DNA of 64,000 bases from Amphiscolops sp. MND2022 (Eukaryota), in assembly GCA_964187785.1 (NCBI GenBank), contig OZ076409.1, positions 79,300,001 to 79,364,000 on the forward strand, read 5' to 3'. Position numbers and translations under genes: made by a program. The notes under the pieces were generated by a model. The model did no database searches and had not been told where the DNA came from. It saw only the letters and a list, made by a program, of their open reading frames with translations. This document shows, in pieces, positions 24,157 through 37,875 of the stretch. Position 1 is the first letter of the stretch; every line of letters begins with the position of its first letter.

Positions 24157-24958
24157 TATCGAGGATAACAATTTAACAGGATAAATAACAGGGCTCCAAA
24201 CAACAAGGCGACGAAAAACACGACTGCAACAGCTCATTCTTCCATTTACTGTTGTTATAGACTGATCACCTATATCAATACCCAATGGATACCCGACCTG
24301 CCCATCAAACAGTCTTACTCAAGTAACACTGGACATTAACGGACCCACAGTGTGGACTCAACACGAAGAACTCAAATGCTATTTACAACTAGCAGAAAGA
24401 AAGCAGCCGAAGTTTTCCTAGCCAAAAAAGCCCATCTATCCCCCCAGAATTGTGCTTAATACAATCAACACCCGAAAAATACAGGACCAACCAAGGAAAA
24501 CAAAATAGATTATTTTTATCATTGTGGAAGAATGAGCAAATCCAACGGTTGACAAACGAAGGTGGATAATTTCAAGTTCGAACAGGCTCAAATTCAATTT
24601 CAATAGCAATAAATACTCAACTGACTTTCACTATGGCAACGCAACAAATCAATCAACTGCCGATGATCGATGAAAAGTTGCTTAAACAAACATTCCACAA
24701 TATGCGCACCACACGGATGACGTGGCTGACCGACAGTTACTATAAATAGACTTCAACTTCCGACTGCTTACTATTTGCCTGCCTCGCCTTGGCCATTCAC
24801 GCTTCCGAAAAAGTTTTCAGCCGCTTCATTTGCCACCCACACGTTTCCATCTACCTTGCATGCCACTTCAGCCGCCGTTTAACAATCAACTCAACCACCT
24901 GCTACTACTCAACTCAGCCGTTCACCTTTCCCATTACCCCTACAGCTTACTCTCTCTC

Positions 24959-24974
24959 AAAAAGGGGGGGGGAA
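24959..24974 (+). other. E2 polypurine tract
   Basis: AAAAAGGGGGGGGGAA immediately before the TGT start of the 3' LTR. Confidence 0.9.
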
Positions 24975-26102
24975 TGTCATGCCCGCCAAGCATGAAGAAA
25001 TGAAATAAACTCTAAAACATTAATCCTTACACCAAACTCCCTAAAATACAGATCATCATGTAAATACATTGCAGTAATTTATTAGCTAAACATTACAGTT
25101 GGCTATATGACAACTGAAACTAGCAGTCATCAATACTAAATTCATTCATGTTATGGTGCATCGTTTAAAAGCTAAAACTGAAATATCCAGTTATTTCCAT
25201 ATTTACGACTGAAACAATCAGTCATCATCCACAGTGATAGTGCATCGTTTAACCATTCTTTATCCATTTTTTATATTACATGTAACGTACTACCAGAACA
25301 ATCAATCATTCATAGTCATAACAATCCATTCACTTAAAACACAACATTTCGTTCATTTATATCAGTAATTCGTGCAATATCCATTAGTAAATTACTTCAA
25401 ACGATAATTAGAGCAGTCACCACGATGATAAGAACACTCAGTAGTAAAGCCTCAATATGAGAGATAATTTGAAATAATTACGTGCTAAGATGACTGGTGC
25501 TTGCGGTCATACTAGATCAAACATACGTAATTGAGCATCGATTATCACCTGCAACGACTGTGGCTACCAGTCGTCAAGTGCAATTAGCAGGTTGAACGCC
25601 ATTGGCTAAGAGGAAAGGTGCTAACACACTTCCATAATTGTACTATCGGGTAAAACCGAACAACACACACGAATTGTAACTTTTGACGAGATAAGTTGCT
25701 TACTACTGTATCTTCCTATCATCATTCCAATTCATACCATTATACCATTTCAAATTTAACTTAAAACCTTTTGGCTTTTCATGGTAACTACCAGATCTCA
25801 AAGTAATCGTGACAAGCAAATAGAAACGCAAAATATGGATAGATCTAGTGACAGTGAAAGCGATGCTAGTTTCCCAGATGTGTTATCCAGAGACCAAATT
25901 GAGAATCTCGATTCCGAAGACGTATTAACCAGACATCATGGTAATCATAACAATAGTGTCGATCAACGTTTTAATGAGTTAAATAGACAAATTGGAGACC
26001 TTACAAGTATAGTCCTTACCTTAACAAACCAGATTGCCTCCATTAACGGAGAAGGGAACAGACCGAACATAGCAACTACAAGTGCTAACAGTCGTTCCGA
26101 CA
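24975..26102 (+). repeat. E2 3' LTR (1128 bp), containing the gag N-terminal ORF from ATG 25781
   Basis: TGTCA...CCGACA; direct repeat of 10933-11911. Confidence 0.96.
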
Positions 26103-27393
26103 GATGGCGCAACGCTTTCAATATGAAAATTCGATGCTTTCAATTGAAATCGATGAATATATAATTTTCAACATGGTTGTGATTCACAAAATGGCAAACA
26201 CAAAAATGGATCTCGGTTGAAAGATGGTTTCGCGATGGTAAATGATTGAATATCTCAGGAATAAACTTAGGATGGATTGGGTTATAACAACTTAGTCTTA
26301 GAAGCATTGACCTCGTTGTTGGTAATTTCTTCCCTCCCGTTTTCTCATCGGGATAGGTCATGAAGTATGTTTTCACTGTAAGTCTCGCGGTCATTTGTTA
26401 GGAGTTTTGGTTTGGTAACAGCGTTTGATCAGGAGTTCATATTAATATATTTAACATACTTCAAAACTGGCGGATGGGAATTATATAAATATCGTAGGGT
26501 TGCTCACCACCGTAGCTCCATAATATGGCTCCATATTGCTCATAAATAAGTATATATGACATAGTACGTATATTGTAAATGTTAAATAGATCTATATTTC
26601 TATCATGCTGGTATGGCAGGGTCGGTCCGTAGACCAAAAGGTCTAGCATATCGGCCGCCCTACCCATTTCCATCGTTTTGTGTATCTCTTAGACAACAAA
26701 AAAGTGACTTTGGTGAGTATGTTGGCTTTCATCTCAGCTAAAACCAATAACTAAAACTTACTTTAAATTCTACATAAGAAATCTTCAGGGAGCAATTAAA
26801 ACGTCTAAATCAGAAATGAAGTTCTATGAAATCCTATCTAAAACGAAACTGAAAACGTAATATCAGCCACATTAGGTGGAGTGTTTAAAAATTTGGCGCA
26901 ATTTTAGTCTGTCGGTTACAATTTCAATTCTTTTGTAAAAATAGGTTTCAATGTTGCCAATGTTACCTATCAGTTCCCAAGCTTGAAGGATAGTTGTTCA
27001 AAAACTGCGAGGTTACTCGAGAACGTTTTGGGTCAAAAACTCGGGTTCGATAGTTATGTCAAAGTACTTTTTCAACATTTTCAACAAAGTATAATTCACA
27101 GTCAAAACCAGGAACCGGATAAAAAAGTAAAAACCGTTTTTTTTACTTTTTTTAACTTTGTTGGGATCCGACGAAGAAAAAAAGTAAGTAATGGTTAGAC
27201 AATTCCTTTACCATTTCTGAGAACTACAAGGCATGCAAGTTTAAGGTTAAAATCGGACAAGCAAGTACGCTGTTTTTCTCAGAAATGTGTGACAACGTGT
27301 GAAAGGAAATAATTATTTACTTGACAAGTGCAGATGAAATAGCACCTGTTCGTCAAACCACGTCAAACTTGATTTTGCGAGTGAAGCCCATTT

Positions 27394-28130
27394 TTGCGTC
27401 TTGCGGGCTCTGGGATTATGTGTACAGCGTGTGACACAAAAAGATGCCACAATCAGAAGTCAGATATTCAGGCTCAATTGAATCGAGCAAAGCACCTGGA
27501 CAACGAGAAGAAGTCCATGAAAAAGGAGCAGAGCCTTCTATCATTTGAAGCAGACTCTAGGGGCAGAAAATGGGCAAGCGCACTCTCGGAGGCTGGCATA
27601 CCGTTCAGTAAATTGGATGATATAAAATTTCGCGTGTTTCGCGAGACAGAGCATGGTTATTGTTTTCCGTCAGAGCGTTCTTTACGCAAATTATTCTTGG
27701 ATAAGGTAGTTTCCGATAAGAAGGCTGAAATGCAAGCTCAACTTACCGAAACTGACATTTACTTGATTTTTGATGAAACTACAAACAAGCTTATCGAAAT
27801 GCTCATCCAGACGAAGGTCATTTCCTGCCGCTCTACCTCCTTGGCCCATTGTCTCAAGGTAAAAATCTTAAAATTTTTAGGTGGGGCACATGCATTCGCT
27901 GTGGCGTATACATTGCCGAAAAGTTCGCTTTGATCAAAGAATGGGTTGACAATTTGGCCGATGACGGCATTATTTCATCGACTGACACCAAAAACCCAGA
28001 TCTGGAATTTGTCACTACCCATCCTGCTCTGTTCTCGTACGTGCTCCTCACCTCGTGCGAAGTGAACGGCTGTTTAGTTTGCTCAAGATTAAGCTGGAAA
28101 ACTGCAGAAACATTAAGTTGGAGACAGTCC
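27394..28130 (+). pseudogene. Decayed, internally deleted hAT-superfamily (CGGBP1-like) transposase
   Basis: CTAC...AKH zinc finger, AGIPFSKLD, IYLIFDETTN (first catalytic D) and frameshifted TSCEV/ERLFS near 28050-28080. TIRs not identified. Confidence 0.7.
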
Positions 28131-28685
28131 AAAAGGGTCTATTTATGCGTATTTAACCTGTAATTCACTGGCTGAATTTACCGATAACTTACTTTTTTTA
28201 CTTTTTTCTTACTTTTTCAGGTGTTTTGGTTTACTCTAAGAAGTACTTTTTCCGCAAAATTTTTAATTTTTTTCCGGTTACTAGTCAAAACTAGAATTAG
28301 TTTGCTTTTTTCGTTTTCGAAGAAACGAAATGCCTTTACGCTTTGAGAAGTACCAGGAGGAAAAGCTTTCATTTTAATTTCAGGATCGGACGCGTTGATC
28401 AAATTCAGATTGATTCGGACAGATTTTGATTCTCAAATTCAATTGTTTTCACAGTTTCGTCCTGAAATTGGTTTGATTCATTAAGAGGCAACGATAAAGT
28501 CGGGTGTTCTCGGGTCGTAAAGATGCCAGTCATTGTATTTAATGTTTTATTGCAGCACTCTATTTTGGCAAAACATTCTCAAATTCAGGCTTGAAGTTTC
28601 ATTTTTGATCCGTTACAACTCCTTAGACTCTAAAAGTTTCGATAATTTGATTTTGTGGTCAATATTTGTCATTCTTTTTAAACTT

Positions 28686-28869
28686 TTGCTAATTTATTCC
28701 TTAATGACTTTTAGTAAAATTCAGTTTCATCCACGTTGATTTTTGAAGAATGACCCCTGAAAAATATCAGCTTTTCATGAAAAGCTGATATTTTTTGGGG
28801 GTCATTCTTCAAAAATCAACGTGGATGAAACTGAAAGTTACTAAAAGTCATTAAAGAATAAATTAGCAA
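28686..28869. repeat. 184-bp near-perfect spacerless palindrome (foldback/MITE-like)
   Basis: Arms are reverse complements around TTTTCA|TGAAAA at 28777/28778 with few mismatches. Confidence 0.9.
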
Positions 28870-30143
28870 CGTTGCAACGTTTTCTTCCAGATTACAGAGG
28901 AGGTAAAAACAGTTGTATCATGCACTTTAATACTATCAGGTTTTTGATTTATGATTCTGTTTACAACTGATGTAACGGAATACGTTTTCTGTTTTGGCAA
29001 ATTCTCATCAACTCAAGACACAAATAGCTCTGAGTGTCGAAAGATTTCCAGGCTAGACTATTGAGGGTCTTTCCGTTCGTGCCATCGATACATGACCCTA
29101 GTGAATGACCGATCTAGTGTCCTGTTTACACAGCACCAATAGCAAGACCAGGAACGTTTAGGAGCATCAACTTTCAGCCCAAGTAACAACATTTTCGATT
29201 AGCCAAAACTTCTAGTGTAGTTTGTTCCGTTCTTACAATTTTTTTGAAAGTTTTTGTGGGCCATTAAGTGTTTTTCAATCAGTGAATGAATCAGTAACAG
29301 AGAAAATGAACAGAGAATCAGTAATTTTCTCCCAGCTTTAAAACAGAGTAAAGACTTTGAAACTGAAATAGCATTGCGCCCTGAAGCAAAACAATTGTGA
29401 CAAAATTTAATCCAGAGCACTAGATTATTTTAGAAATTCAATTAGAGAGAATGTTCACTTTCAATCACAGCAGGCTTTCTTTTTTGTAAGGCAGCTAATG
29501 AGGTAAAAATAAATCCATATAGCTGAGCTTTTGTTTACGTAAATTGTTGCGTGGAAAATGCACGTAAAATTATACGAGGTATCTTTCAATCACGTCCTTG
29601 AGACGTCATCCTGAAAATGGTACCCTTTGACTTCTGCAGCATTAGTGCTGAAAACGATAGAAACGGCAGCCTCACAATGCATCCACATCTTCAGAAGAAG
29701 CGCCAATTAGACAGACAATCCTTTTTGTTTCATCAAAAGCTGCATACACTGTGAGAGAAAACGATTTTGGAATACTTACAGTTTACTCTGAAAGAATGTC
29801 TACTTTTGGCAACGCTTCAAACTTCTTTTTCAAGTTTAATGTTTTGACGAGGGGTGCATGGTGTACAGTTGATATACTACAGTTATAATATTACAATAGT
29901 TGTTCCGTTTTGAAGCTGAATTAAACCTACAGCATCTTTGAATTAGGATAAACTAACCTCAACAGAACTGGATTCAAACATTTTTTGCTTGTTAATACTT
30001 CGACAAAAGCCCTTTCATGCGAACTATTTCTGCCATTCGTCGGGGTAGTTTATAATACAAAGTTTCAAGGTTTTCTTGATGATTTGATTGTGAATTTCTC
30101 TGCAATTTTTCAAATAGCTGCTCAAAGTTTCGTATAGGATGGG

Positions 30144-30357
30144 TGTTATATTCGGTTCATACCGGCATGACCTCTACCGTAAATTCGGATACCAGCAGTC
30201 TAGAAGCTAGGAGTTGTTTACAAACAAACTCTAAATAGACTCTCATACCATACATACATTTATACTTTTGTTTTGGTTACAATACAGTGATACAAACATA
30301 GATCTACCTCTTTTAACGATCTCGTTTTCTCTTAACCTATATCCTTAGAATAGAACA
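30144..30357 (+). repeat. E3 5' LTR (214 bp)
   Basis: Direct repeat of 35823-36034; TG...CA ends. Confidence 0.95.
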
Positions 30358-30393
30358 TTTTTAAACTGTGTAAACCCTTCATAACGGAAAACA

Positions 30394-31330
30394 ATGGCTG
30401 AAAGAAATACCGTCCCAAACCTAGAAACAAAAGCCACAGACGGAAACCCAGTATTTACACCGAGACAATGGCTTGAAAGGTTCCGGCAGTTTCGTAAACG
30501 GGAACACAAAATCGACATTACCCCATTACTGAAAGGAGAAAACATTACGGACGCAAATTGGAACGGAAAAGAACAAGCCGTACAAGAAGATTTCATATGG
30601 GGAGTGGGACTGGAAGCACTATACCAAATAACCAGGGCCTAATTCAAAACGGACCCCAACAGTATAAAAGTGAAGGTCCTAATCCGGTTATTCACCGAAT
30701 TCTACATGCCGAAAAGAAACACTTACAACAACCGAGGTGACTTCTTTTGGGCAAAGCAAAGTGAAGATGAGACACCGGAGGAATTCAGGAGACAACTAAT
30801 TGAAATCGAAAAAGAGTGTAACTTCAATGCAATATCAGCCGAAGAATTGTTGATATCAAAATACATGACCGCAATCACCGATAAAAAACTATGGGACAAA
30901 ATATTGAAAGAAAAAACGCTGGAACTGAAGAAAATAATCGAACTGATAAAACAAAATACATACGAGAAAAAGAATAAAAAGAACACAATACCGGAAGCTT
31001 TGATAACAACAAAAGAAAAACACATGATGAAGGAAAAACCAATACAAAGAATGGAACGATTCGGTACCAAACCGAAAAATAAAAACTACGAAAACCGTAC
31101 ATGCAGATTTTGCAATGCTCCAAACTGGACACCGATGCACAAATGTCCCGCACTACAAGCGAACTGCAACAAATGCGGACAGAAGGGACATTATGCATAA
31201 GCATGCAGACAGAAATTCAATAACAACCGAACAGTGAAAAGACTAACCGAAGAAGAAATGAACGAACCAGACGAATCAACAAGCGAATCAGATGAGAGCA
31301 TACACCACATAAAAAAATCAAGAAGATAAA
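30394..31330 (+). pseudogene. gag: E3 gag, with in-frame stops
   Basis: ATG 30394; Cys/His knuckles CRFC..HKC and CNKCGQKGHYA*AC; stops at 30640 and 31198. Confidence 0.8.
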
Positions 31331-31334
31331 CGAA

Positions 31335-34300
31335 ATGAACAAACACTTCACAGCGGTGCGAGTTAATGGGGTAAAGAACTCGTTATTCCCAGTACGAGTT
31401 AATGGAGTAAAAAAAGAATTCATAATTGACACCGGATCACACATTTCAATTATGCCACCCGACGAAAGAATTATAAAATCAACCGAAATTCAGAAATTAA
31501 CTAACCGATACCAAGATGTGAACAGAAACGAGGTAAAATTCCGGGGGAAAATTCCGGTAAACATCGAACATAAAAATAACAATCAAAAAGTGGAAATCCT
31601 AAAAACGGAGAGAACAGTTAAAACACCATTACTCGGTATGGACTGGATAAAGAAATTCAAACTGACAATCAGAAGAATACAATTAGCCGAGAACAACCAA
31701 TCAGAACGCGAGAAAAAATTTAACTAATTTCCGGATCTATTTGAGAACAACGACACAATCAAAGATACCGAAATAAATATCCAATTAAAACCTGGACACT
31801 ACCCGGTAAAAAAAATCTAGACCGATACCACTACATCTACAGGAAGATGTAGGACGGGAATTAGAAAAACTAATAAAATCCGGACAATTGAAAAAAGTGA
31901 AAGACGTAGACGCAGATTGCTTCGTATCACCGGTGGTAATATCCGTGAAGAACGATAAATCGGTGAAAATAGCTCTGGACTCACGCAAATTAAACGACAG
32001 CTGTATTAAAATGAGACCGCACATGCCGAATATGGAAGAACTGTTAAACCAAATTTCGGTAGAAACAACACGCGACCGAACACTACAACTATTCATGTCA
32101 AAGATCGACTTGGATTATGCGTACGGCCAAATGAAATTATCCGAAGAAACAAGCAGACAATGCGTATTCGCATTAACCGGTGGAAAATTTAGTGAATACT
32201 ACCGTTTTAAAAAAGGTTTCTACGGCTTGGCAGATATACCCACAATATTTCAAGAGACAATCGACCGTACACTCGGATACTGTACACCGGCTTGGCTAGA
32301 CGATATTATCGTAGTAACCCGAGGAAATAAACAAGACCACGAGAAAAAATTATTCGAAATTCTGAATAAACTAGAAAAAGCCGGATACCGAGCAAGTGAA
32401 GAGAAATCCGACTTCTTCATGAACCGCACAAAATGGCTGGGACACGAAATTGATGAAAACGGAATTAAACCGAACGAAGAAAAAGTGGAAGCAATATTGA
32501 AATTAAAACAACCGGAAAAGACAAAAGAATTAAAATCATTTTTCGGAGCAATACAATACATGGCAAAATATCTACCAAAACTGTCGGAACGGACCGATAT
32601 ATTGAGAAAATTACTCAAAAAAATGAACAATGGAAATGGGGACCGGAACAAGAAACGGATTTTCAGCGAATAAAACAAATGCTTACCGAAGGCCCATGCT
32701 TGGCACGCTACGCAAAAGAAAAAGACAATATAGTGACAAACGACGCCAGCACAACCGGGCTGGGAATAACACTCTGGCAAAAACAAGAAGACGGAAATAC
32801 AAAACCGATAGCGTACGGAAGCAGATATTTGAATGAAACCGAAAAAAAAGTCTATCGGCGAATTGGAATTATTAGCGGTAGTGTGGGGATTAGAGAAATT
32901 CCGATTTTATCTATACGGAAAGAAAGTTCACCTATACACCGACCACCAAGCATTGGAACCACTCATAAAAAGAAACCGAAGTAATAAACAATACAGCGCG
33001 AGATTGACAAGGTGGTTAGACCGCCTAACGCACTTCCATATATCAATACAACATATCGCAGGCTGTAATTTGAAATTTACCGATTATCTCAGCAGAAATC
33101 CGGTTGGGGGAGCTATACCGGAAAAAATTACGATGAGGACTACGTAATTAACATATTGACCGAACACGCCGAATTGAATTTGAAATACGGACAATTATTC
33201 GCCAACCAATCAGAAAGCAATAAAACCAAAGTTGAAACTGAAAATGGTACATCCGAAGAACAAACTGAGATAATCGACAACCAATCACATTCGAATAGAA
33301 TATTCGAGAAGGATTACGGCGTGAACAAAATTCAACAGAGCGAGAATAATACATCCGGGCAGTCCGATATTAGCACGCAAAGCTCAAGTTGCCTACCGAA
33401 AGAAAACTTAAAATTTGTTCAAAACAAAATTAAACCAAATTTACATACGGAATTTACCGAAATGGACCGAGACAATTTCCATCACTGGGGCGCTACACGT
33501 GAGATCATGGAGATAATACGGAGACGAAACAACAGCCCCGAGACAAGCAGACTAGTGGAGCAAAGAAGCACACTATCAAGACCCGGAACCCTACGACGCA
33601 GATATGACCACCAAACCCAACGGACAGTATTTGTCCCAACTCGCCCGAACAAGAGAAGCAGAGAAGAAATAGCCGGAATTGATGCAGAGCTATTACGGCG
33701 AGCCAATCGACTGGGAGGTGGATATCATCCGATAAACCTCGAAGAAGAAGGAACCGAAGAAATGCGGGAAGAAGGAGAAGTAGAGACTGCCGAAACCGAA
33801 GAGGACAGTGTAATAATGCGAGGCGACAACTTACCGATCGTAGACCTCAGCAAGTATAACACAGACGGGAAAGAAGCAAAATACATTCAAATCAACCACA
33901 TTGTTGGCAAACTCACCGCAAACAAAAAAGTAACCTTAAGACCATATAAAGAGAGCCGAGTTCGACTTCGTGATGGACCTAAAAACGATGATAGCGAAGA
34001 CCGCCATAGATCCGGAATTGACCCGAGTCTGAACCAGCATGCGGAGAGAAGACCTCGAAACAATTCCGGACGGATATCGGACAGTTTTCGACAAGCTGTC
34101 AATTAGATGGGGCCTGGTCTTTGTCGACGACCAAATATTAATCCCAATCGACCTCAGACGCCGCTTATTGGAGATACTACATTTCGGCCACTCCGGAATA
34201 ACGAAGATGATGTCCGAAGCAAAAATATTCTGTTGGCCGGACATGGAGAAGGGCATCGAAAATAAAGTACAAGACTGTACAGCATGCCTCGCATCAGGTA

Positions 34301-35370
34301 AAAACCTTAAATACCAATTACCGAAAAAACATTACGGAAAACTAGAAAAACTATCCGAACCGGAACAAGAAATTCAAATTGATTTTACCGGAAAATTACA
34401 TAATAAACATTTACACGGCGAAACACAGATACTGATTGCGGTTGATAGATTTAGCAAATGGCCGACCGTAAAAATTTGTAAATCAGCGGAAACTAAAGAA
34501 ATGATAAACTTCTTAACAAGTAATTTTAATCTATACGGAATACCGGAGAAAGTAAAATCAGACAAAGGCGGAGCATTTATATTGAAAGAATACCGAGAAT
34601 TTTGCAAAAATCGAAACATCAAAATTGAATACTGTACACCCCGAATGCATACGGGAAACGGAGCAGTGGAAAGAGCAATACAAACGCTCAAAAATCTAAT
34701 AATAGCAAACCTGGAAGACGGAATAGGCATAACCGAAAGCGTAATAAGAGCGCTACGGGTTATGCGATTTACAATACATACCGGTCTGAAATTAACACCG
34801 TTTGAACTACACCACGGTAGAAAACCGAGAACCGAAAAAACAAACATTGTTAAAGACGGAAAAACATACCTATCTAATTGGTCAGAAATGCCTATTTCAG
34901 CACCAACCAGACCCAAAATACCAATCTATGTGGGCCGCGATGCGGATGGCGAGATTACCAATCATATGGTAATGGCGAAGACAAAAGTGGAGGAAAAACA
35001 ACTTACCGAAAACCAAAAATCTCCAAAGAAGAAAAATTCGGTTAGAAATCCATTCAAATTTGTTGAAAAAAATTACAAGAAAAAATCATTGGAAGGGAGA
35101 TTCCAAAATAAAATACAAACCGCAGTTAGCGGAACCGAAAGTACCAGAAAAACAGATACCGGAAAAATGATAAACCGGAAATTTATTTCGGGACCATTGT
35201 TTCAGACCAAAAAAAAAGCCAGAAAAGAACCGGCAATCAACACAAGCGGAGAGATAAACCCCAAAAACAGACACTGCTTGAGGGGTTTGAACGGGAAATA
35301 TGGCCGATGGGACCAGATCCTACGGGACATCCTGAACGGCAAATTAAAAATCGTACAAATTCCGAAATAA
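31335..35370 (+). pseudogene. pol: E3 pol, frameshifted
   Basis: IIDTGS protease, AWLDD RT, NDAS/ELLAVVW/YTDH RNase H, HFGH..CTAC and QIDF/SDKGG/VERAI integrase, spread over several frames. Confidence 0.9.
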
Positions 35371-35822
35371 CCGGAAAGTGAGACCGAAGACGAAGATGAC
35401 GACGACGAGTAGATGCCGGAAGAAACTGGAACGCCAATAAAGGTATATGACACTTCTGAAAGCAACGGAAGCTACGTACCAATCCGAACTAGTCCGGAAG
35501 AAGATGCTCTACAAATCTACACCGATGGAGGAACGACGGGTGAGAATTTAGAAAACCAAAACCAAATAAGACGATCAAACCGAAATAGTAAAAAACCGAA
35601 TAGATCTTGTGGCTTTTTTTATACTAAGCATACCTTATACCGGAAATTGTTGGGGTTAGAACAACCAGGTGTAATAAATCATATGTATATTACAGGAAAC
35701 TTGTGGAACAGGCACAAAGGAACACCTCTACCCGAGAAGGTCCAGAAGCCATCCGATTTTTTTCCCGAAGAGAATACACCCCCAGGACCATCAAGCCAGA
35801 ACTGAGAAGAGAGAGGGGGAAA

Positions 35823-36034
35823 TGTTATATTCGGTTCATACCGGCTTGACCTCTACCGTAAATTCGGATACCAGCAGTCTAGAAGCTAGGAGTTGTTTAC
35901 CAACAAACTCTAAAAGACTCTCATACCATACATACATTTATACTTTTGTTTTGGTTACAATACAGTGATACAAACATAGATCTATCTCTTTTAACGATTT
36001 CCTTTTCTCTTAACCTAATCCTTAGAATAGAACA
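35823..36034 (+). repeat. E3 3' LTR (212 bp)
   Basis: Preceded by PPT GAGAAGAGAGAGGGGGAAA and followed by TSD ATGGG. Confidence 0.95.
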
Positions 36035-37800
36035 ATGGGTATTTTTCTTTAGTTCCTCCTTACAATGCAACAATTTGTTTCCAATGATACTCAAATTGGG
36101 TTGGTATGCTGGTCACTATGATTTTTGTAAGATATTTCGTCTTAACATTTGACGTGTTTAAATTGATGTATGATTTCTCACCTTTTCTTTTTGCAATTCG
36201 TGAGAATCACCACAGAAACTTCGAATGACAGCAGGTAAAGTAATCATTAAGACGTCGCTGTTTTGCTTGGAGTCATCTTTTTTCAATATTTTTCAGATGA
36301 ATTTAACACCGTTATCGATGGCTTTTCGGTGAACATTGTTGAAATCCTTGTTTTCACTTGTGATTTTGCTCGGCGAATTCGCATTGAAATTCCAGAATTG
36401 AGTACAACTTGTTATTTGCGGGAGCATATCCTTTGCCTCCGATCCAAAAAAAAACCATATGATTTGACGCGAAACCATAAAACTTGAAAATTCCGGTAAT
36501 TTTCATTGATACCCGAATCTTTTGTTTCAAAACACGTGTAATATAGTCCAATTTTGAAAGCTGTCGAGATACAATTTTGGAGCTTACACAAAATAATATG
36601 TTCTGATTAATATCGTAGGCGATACATTTCAAGTTGTTGCTACTAAATAGCTGATCAAGACTGACCAACGACCGTAAATTGCTGCGTGGTAGAGTGTTTT
36701 TTGGCCCGTTTTTAGGAAGTTCCTTATGAAGTGGTGAAGGGTTTTTGGGTTCCGTGCAGGTCTCAGCGATGAGTACTTTTTAAATTGTGTGAAGAGGCGA
36801 ATGGCAATTTCCCTGCTTTCTATTGACAACTGTTTCATTTCCGACGCACAAATTCTTTGTAATGACATCAATCCAAATTTTGTCCGCAAAGAGTTGCTAT
36901 TGTTAGAGAGCAGACAAGATGAAAGAAAAATATTATTCAAACTGGTGTTTCAAACTTGGACATTTTTCGTTCACCATTTCTGCAAAAAATAGTTTTCGAA
37001 ATTAGCGAACACATCCACTGGAAGCTCTTTGATTTTTTTCGAAAGGAAACAATTATTCTGTGAAGCGATTGTATTGAAAGCAACATGAGGCAACTCCTAA
37101 ACCCGAATATCTCAAAAACAGCAGTGATATTTGGAAAACGATAGAAGTCAAAGTTTCTTTATCTAGAGTTATTGATTCTTTATAAACTTTTATCTATTTC
37201 ACCAAAATGTTTGTTCAAAATTCATGCGATGAAAATTGTAAAATCTACGTTGGGTCAATTCTATCCAAATTTAGTTCAAAATAGAAATCTTTTTTGGCAT
37301 CATTCTACTCAAATAGTTGATCGCTTTCAAGTTCAAGCAATTGACCTCCGTTTTTATCGAAGCCCTTGGTATGGATTGATCAAGAAATCATTGAAATCTT
37401 TTTTCAAAAATAGGGTGTAAATTTAGTCATTTTCGAAGAAAACATGTATGAAGATATCATTTTGAAATTTGACAACTTAAAACAAGCTCATGTCAATACA
37501 ATTTTCCAAACTCCCGAGAAAAATTTTTGTCAGATTCGAAATGTTCGGATGAATGTTACTACCAAAGTTATTTCGAAATCAAAGCAGTGTACGTAGGTCA
37601 AAAATTCGAAAACCTAAAAACGTTGTTTCGGAAAGCGCTCTCGACCAAGGAAATGAGCGCGTGAGACCTTAATTAACAGATGAGATTTGTATATTTGCTT
37701 TCTTTCTGCCTGCTATCTTGTTTTTAATAATATCCGATTATGATGACGTACCACTGATTATGATTAGGGGGCATGATGCAAAAAAGATCATGGAATAAAG

Positions 37801-37875
37801 AGGAGCATGCTGTAATGGTTAATGCGTTTGGCCTGTACTGGGGCGGTATCAGGTTCGAATCTTTCTCAACTCAGC
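37801..37875 (+). mobile_element. tRNA-derived SINE head (Pol III A/B boxes)
   Basis: A-box-like TGCTGTAATGG and B-box GGTTCGAAT at 37852-37860 with tRNA-like spacing; no intact cloverleaf. Confidence 0.45.

Larger units (their letters stand above)
10933..26102 (+). mobile_element. E2: ~15.3 kb Ty3/gypsy LTR retrotransposon with antisense spliced accessory gene
   Basis: Near-identical LTRs 10933-11911 and 24975-26102, PBS, PPT, gag, 1513-aa pol ORF. Right flank is GATGG. Confidence 0.96.
30144..36034 (+). mobile_element. E3: 5.9-kb Ty3/gypsy element with short LTRs, decayed
   Basis: LTRs 30144-30357 and 35823-36034 (TGTTA...GAACA); TSD ATGGG at 30139-30143 and 36035-36039; purine tract 35804-35822. 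Confidence 0.95.
29992..36838 (-). pseudogene. Decayed Tc1/mariner transposase split by E3 (parts 36040-36838 and 29992-30143)
   Basis: N-terminus MKQLSIESREIAIRL..NFLKTG (HTH-like), a degenerate WPxxSPDLNxIE-like block near 36080-36115, and C-terminus LPRRMAEIVRMKGLLSKY*. About 950 nt once E3 is removed. Confidence 0.65.

Noticed and set aside
24741..24748. TATAAATA/TATTTATA as promoter of the E2 antisense gene
   Set aside because: Readable on either strand and ~590 bp from the predicted ATG; cannot be assigned without TSS data.
25781..26164. Stand-alone 127-aa gene
   Set aside because: It is the LTR-encoded gag N-terminus running into flanking DNA.
26618..26661. 44-bp imperfect hairpin as terminator or hAT terminus
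   Set aside because: No partner TIR or TSD found; bacterial-type terminators are not relevant here.
37801..37875. Functional tRNA gene
   Set aside because: A and B boxes are present but the acceptor and anticodon stems do not pair; treated as SINE-like.
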